From Azolla caroliniana (Eukaryota; Plantae; Polypodiophyta), in contig JBHGNT010000015.1 of NCBI GenBank assembly GCA_043228905.1, positions 5,642,001-5,706,000 of the forward strand: DNA of 64,000 nt, given 5' to 3'. Within the stretch, counting starts at the first letter, position 1, and each line of letters starts with the position of its first letter. Shown here one piece after another: positions 60,101 through 64,000 of the stretch. The translations under genes and the position numbers were made by a program. The notes below the pieces were generated by a model. That model saw only the letters and a program-made list of their open reading frames with translations. It was not told the DNA's origin and searched no databases.

Positions 60101-62115
60101 ATACAGAGAAAGACACGATACACAGGGATTAACGTGGAAAACCCTAAATGGGAAAAACCACGGGAGTCCTCAAACTCCAACTATCACTATGAACAGGGAT
60201 GTACACTTGTGAAGCTACAAGGCAACAACCTTGAGCTCACTATCTTCGCCACAGGCGGCGGTAATACACAGAGGCAACGACCTCTTCGTCTCTCTCTCTC
60301 TCGGCTGCTCTCACTTCGCATGAAAATGAGCAACAACATAAACTGTTTGCCCTAAGTCATATTTATACACATATGACTTTCGGGCTATTTACAAAATATA
60401 GCCTCAATGGCTCTTAGCAAACATATTCACAAATATGTCCCTGCATCCGGATCTCTCTCCGGGTACATTCGTCATCCGGCTCCGTAGCCGGGGTCTTCAT
60501 CATCCGGATCCGTATCCGGGTACTCTTCATCCGGCTTCATGCCGGGTACTCTTCATCATCCGGATCCGCATCCGGGTACACTTCATCCGGCTTCATGCCG
60601 GGTACTCTTCATCCCATCCGGATCCGTAACCGCAACCGGGCTTGCCGTTATTCGTCTCCGGACATCCCATCCGGAGGGACCGAAATCCCAACAGATCGGA
60701 TGCAGATGGATCTACAAGGTGAAGTATAACGTCGATGGCTCCGTAAACCGCTACAAAGCTCAACTCGTAGCGAAAGGATACGCTCAGACGCATGGCGTCG
60801 ACTACGAAGAGACCTTTGCCCCGGTGGCAAAGATGACGACGGTGTGGACCGTAATTGCGATTGTCACGGCGAAAGGGTGGCACCTCCATCAAATAGACGT
60901 CAATAATGCCTTTCTACAAGGCGAATTAGAAGAGGAGGTGTACATGATCCAACCACCCGACTTCAACTCGAGCACCCATCCGAAAGCGGTTTGCCGACTC
61001 AAGAAGCCACTCTACGGCCTCAAGCAAGCACCGCGTGCTTGGCATTCGAAGATAACGCAATATCTTCATCAAATCGGCTTCCGTATGTCAATATCGGACA
61101 ACTCCCTCTACATACGAAGCGATTCTGCAAGTCCGATCGTCATCATTTTATATGTGGATCACCTAGTCATTGGAGGTGAGCATCTCGTCGAAATCAATAA
61201 AGTCAAATCCCTCCTTTCTGACAAGTTCGAGATGACGGACATGAAGGAGCTCCACTACTTCCTCGGCATCAAGGTAATTCGGACTCCGGTCGGAATCATG
61301 ATCTCTCAACGGCACTACATCCTCAACTTGTTATACAAGTTCGGGATGGCTGAGTGCAAATCCGCGACAACCCCGCTCGAATGCAATCTCAAACTAGATG
61401 CAAACTCCGGCACCAAAGCGTTGAGCCGACTCAATATCGGCAACTCATCGAGAGTCTTATCTACCTCACGATCACACGACCCGATCTCAGTTATCCGGTT
61501 GGTCTCCTTAGCCAATTCATGCAAACACCGTGTGATACTCACTTGGATTGCGCTAAGTGAGGTCTACGCTATGTGAGTGGCACAATGGATTGCGGCATCC
61601 TCTACAAGACCGCGATGCCAATACGACTCGAGGGGTACACAGACGCCGATTGGGCCGGCTACAAAGCTGATAGAAGATCAACCTCCAGATTTGTTTTCTC
61701 CCTCGGCAGCGGAGCAAATATCTTGGAGTAGCAAGAAGCAACCTATCGTCGCTCTTTCGAGTACGGAAGCGGAATACAGGGGTGTAGTCGTAGCTGCGTG
61801 TGAAGCCGTATGGCTCAAGAGGATTTTCAAGGATCTGGGCGTACCCATCAAGGATCCGACTTCCCTTTACTGCTACAACATGAGCAATATCTATCTGGCT
61901 TGGAACCCAGTGTTCCACGCGCGGACAAAGCACATCGAAGTGCACTATCACATCATCCGAGAGCACGTTTTGGCTGGCGATGTCGACCTACAACACATTA
62001 GCACCAATCTTCAAACGGCCGACATCTTCACTAAAGCCTTAGGAGCCGACAAGCTGTGGCAATTCATGACCGATCTCGGATTGACGATCCCTGACCTGCC
62101 AAGCTTGAGGGGAGT
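57182..62115 (+). pseudogene. Copia C gag-pol with stops and frameshifts, split by a solo LTR
   Basis: CGYCGKLGHHEEEC, WFVDSGASNH, HSDVWGP, RSDGGKEY, LYVDHL and KHIEVHYH motifs. Confidence 0.9.
60018..60693 (-). mobile_element. Solo LTR of copia family A, with internal tandem repeats
   Basis: TG..CA. Perfect TSD gatcg. Removing it restores KKVIGCRWIYK. ccgggtactcttcatc repeats at about 60440-60625. Confidence 0.9.
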
Positions 62116-62845
62116 ACTGAAGACACTATGCAATAAGCAGCGAAGAGCTGGTCTACCGCGTAAAGCCGCGAAGAAAGACGCAAGTCGAAGCGCAGACTTT
62201 GCAACTACGCACAACGCAAGCTGGAGCACGGATTCCGCAACTCCGCATAAATGCGAGTCGACGTGGACTTCGGAACGCGAGTCGACGTGGACTTCGGAAC
62301 GCGAGTCGAAGCGGATTTCGGATGCCGTCTGAAACCGACCCGACTTGAGCTTGAGGGGGTGTGTTGAGAATCAAGCTCAACTTGGTATAGTGTGTGAACT
62401 CACCTTGAGAGTGAAGAGACACTCCAACGGTCAAGAGTCACCACTATGTCACCACTTTGTATTCTAGCATTTAGTATGAGTCATAGAATCATATTCTATG
62501 ACACATAACTTATGAGCTTTCACATTCCCCATGCTCCATGAGAATTGTAGTTAATGAAGAGAGAGGATGACTATATAAAGCACCCTCCTCCCACTTTGTA
62601 TAATGTTGAGTCCTTCTCCTTTGTCAATATACTTTTACCTTGCGTATTCCTTGTCTCTCTCTCTCTCTCTCATACACACACATAACTCATATCTCTTCCG
62701 CTTCACAAGAATCCATCTCTTGATTCTTTACAAGAAGCAATAAGATAACATGTCGCATCAAATTGGGGCCATTCCATCCTTCTTCTCTTGCAACCTTATT
62801 CACCACTTCTTCTAATTTATCAATACATAAGCCAAAGAGAAGGAG

Positions 62846-62848
62846 AGG

Positions 62849-62882
<34 letters not shown>

Positions 62883-64000
62883 AGAAAATGTAACTGTATT
62901 CAAAATATAATTCTCTGTATGTTCTCTGCACATACTTGGTGCTTAGTGAGCACCTTTTATACAAGCCTTGACTATCGGGCTGACACAAGTACTTACAGTA
63001 CCCGACTGCTCATAAATGAGCATCCTACACTTACCCCCATAATTATTCCTTATGAGCAATAACATTCTAATGGCCTCTCGGTTTACATACTGTTACTGCC
63101 ATATTTTGCGCACGATTTTATGCACCCAGGCTACGCACTAGGTTACACACCCGTTTATGCTCCCAATGTTGAGCTTGTCTCTCAACACTCCCCCTCAAGC
63201 TCAACTTGAGGTTTCATATGCTTCTCCGGATCTTTGCACCGGCCTCTCCTGGCTTCACGCCTTGCTCGCCCTCCTCGACCTGTTCGATTCCGCACGCTTT
63301 GACCCTTTCGGTCGGCTTGTCTGCTCATATGGCCTTTCTCAGCTCCCTTGTACTCGTGGTGTTGGCACCTCTTTCGCTACCCTTTGCACACGGTTTTATG
63401 CACCCAGTCTATGCACTGGGTTACGCACCCGTTTACGCTCCCAATGCTGAGCTTGTCTCTCAACACTCCCCCTCAAGCTCAACTTGAGGTTTCATATGCT
63501 TCTTTGGATCTTCGCTCCGGCCTCTCCTGGCTTCATGCCTCGCTCGCGCTCCTCGACCTGTTCGATTCCACGTGCTTCGACTCTTTTGGTCGGCTTGTCT
63601 ACTTATGTGGGCTTTCTCACCTCCCTTGTTATCGTGGTGTTGGCACCTCTTTCGTTGCCCTTTTCTCAGCTTGGCCCTCAGTTGATTCGGCGTATCTGAA
63701 TCGAACATTACAATTGAATCGAACATTTCTGATTCATTCCCACTTTCATCTGAATTGGTTGTCTCCAATTCGTCTTCTGTCTTCAGGCCCTTAACTACGT
63801 CCGACCATGTCTTAGCCTTGGCCTTTACGCCTTTCTTGGCTTTGTTTCCCCTTTTTTCAGCTATCTTCGGCTCTTCCCCATTTCACTCTTAGGCTTTTTC
63901 AGTCGGCTTGAAATTGAATTCTTCATCCGATTCGGCATCATGGTTACTACTGCTCCTTTCATGCTCCTGTTCTTGTTCCTGTGTCCCCCTCAAGTTCGGT
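62846..64000 (-). mobile_element. 3' end of another copia-C-related element, with a duplicated PPT/LTR start
   Basis: ctcaacactccccctcaagctcaac at about 63181 and 63458 (tandem duplication of about 277 bp). The LTR segment resembles 2740-2800. Confidence 0.6.

Larger units (their letters stand above)
56320..62732 (+). mobile_element. Ty1/copia element C inserted in the LINE RT, with a rearranged 5' end
   Basis: 371-bp LTRs 56320-56690 and 62362-62732. TSD agaag. Extra partial LTR 56868-57022 before the PBS tggtatcagagc at 57023. PPT gagggggtg. Confidence 0.92.

Overview
Eukaryotic, plant-type nuclear DNA. A non-seed plant such as a fern is plausible, but that is inference only. The window is mostly nested LTR retrotransposons. 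It holds at least six Ty1/copia elements or relics, most with tRNA-iMet PBS, plus two solo LTRs and a broken LINE. It also holds a Ty3/gypsy group primed by tRNA-Trp: one near-intact gag-pro/pol element (5773-12733) and two related non-autonomous elements (4465-23175 and 48340-53643). The younger non-autonomous copy encodes only a Gag capsid-like domain fused to about 800 aa of tandem repeats. All three gypsy insertions made 4-bp NCG(T/C) target duplications. The non-TE material is a compact 3-exon orphan gene with an Asn-rich prion-like N-terminus (34850-37120, minus strand) and a decayed higher-order tandem array of tRNA-Gly genes (about 43990-48340 plus 53648-53730). Most short ORFs in the supplied track are shadow frames of GC-rich TE sequence. 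All alignments and difference counts were done by eye.
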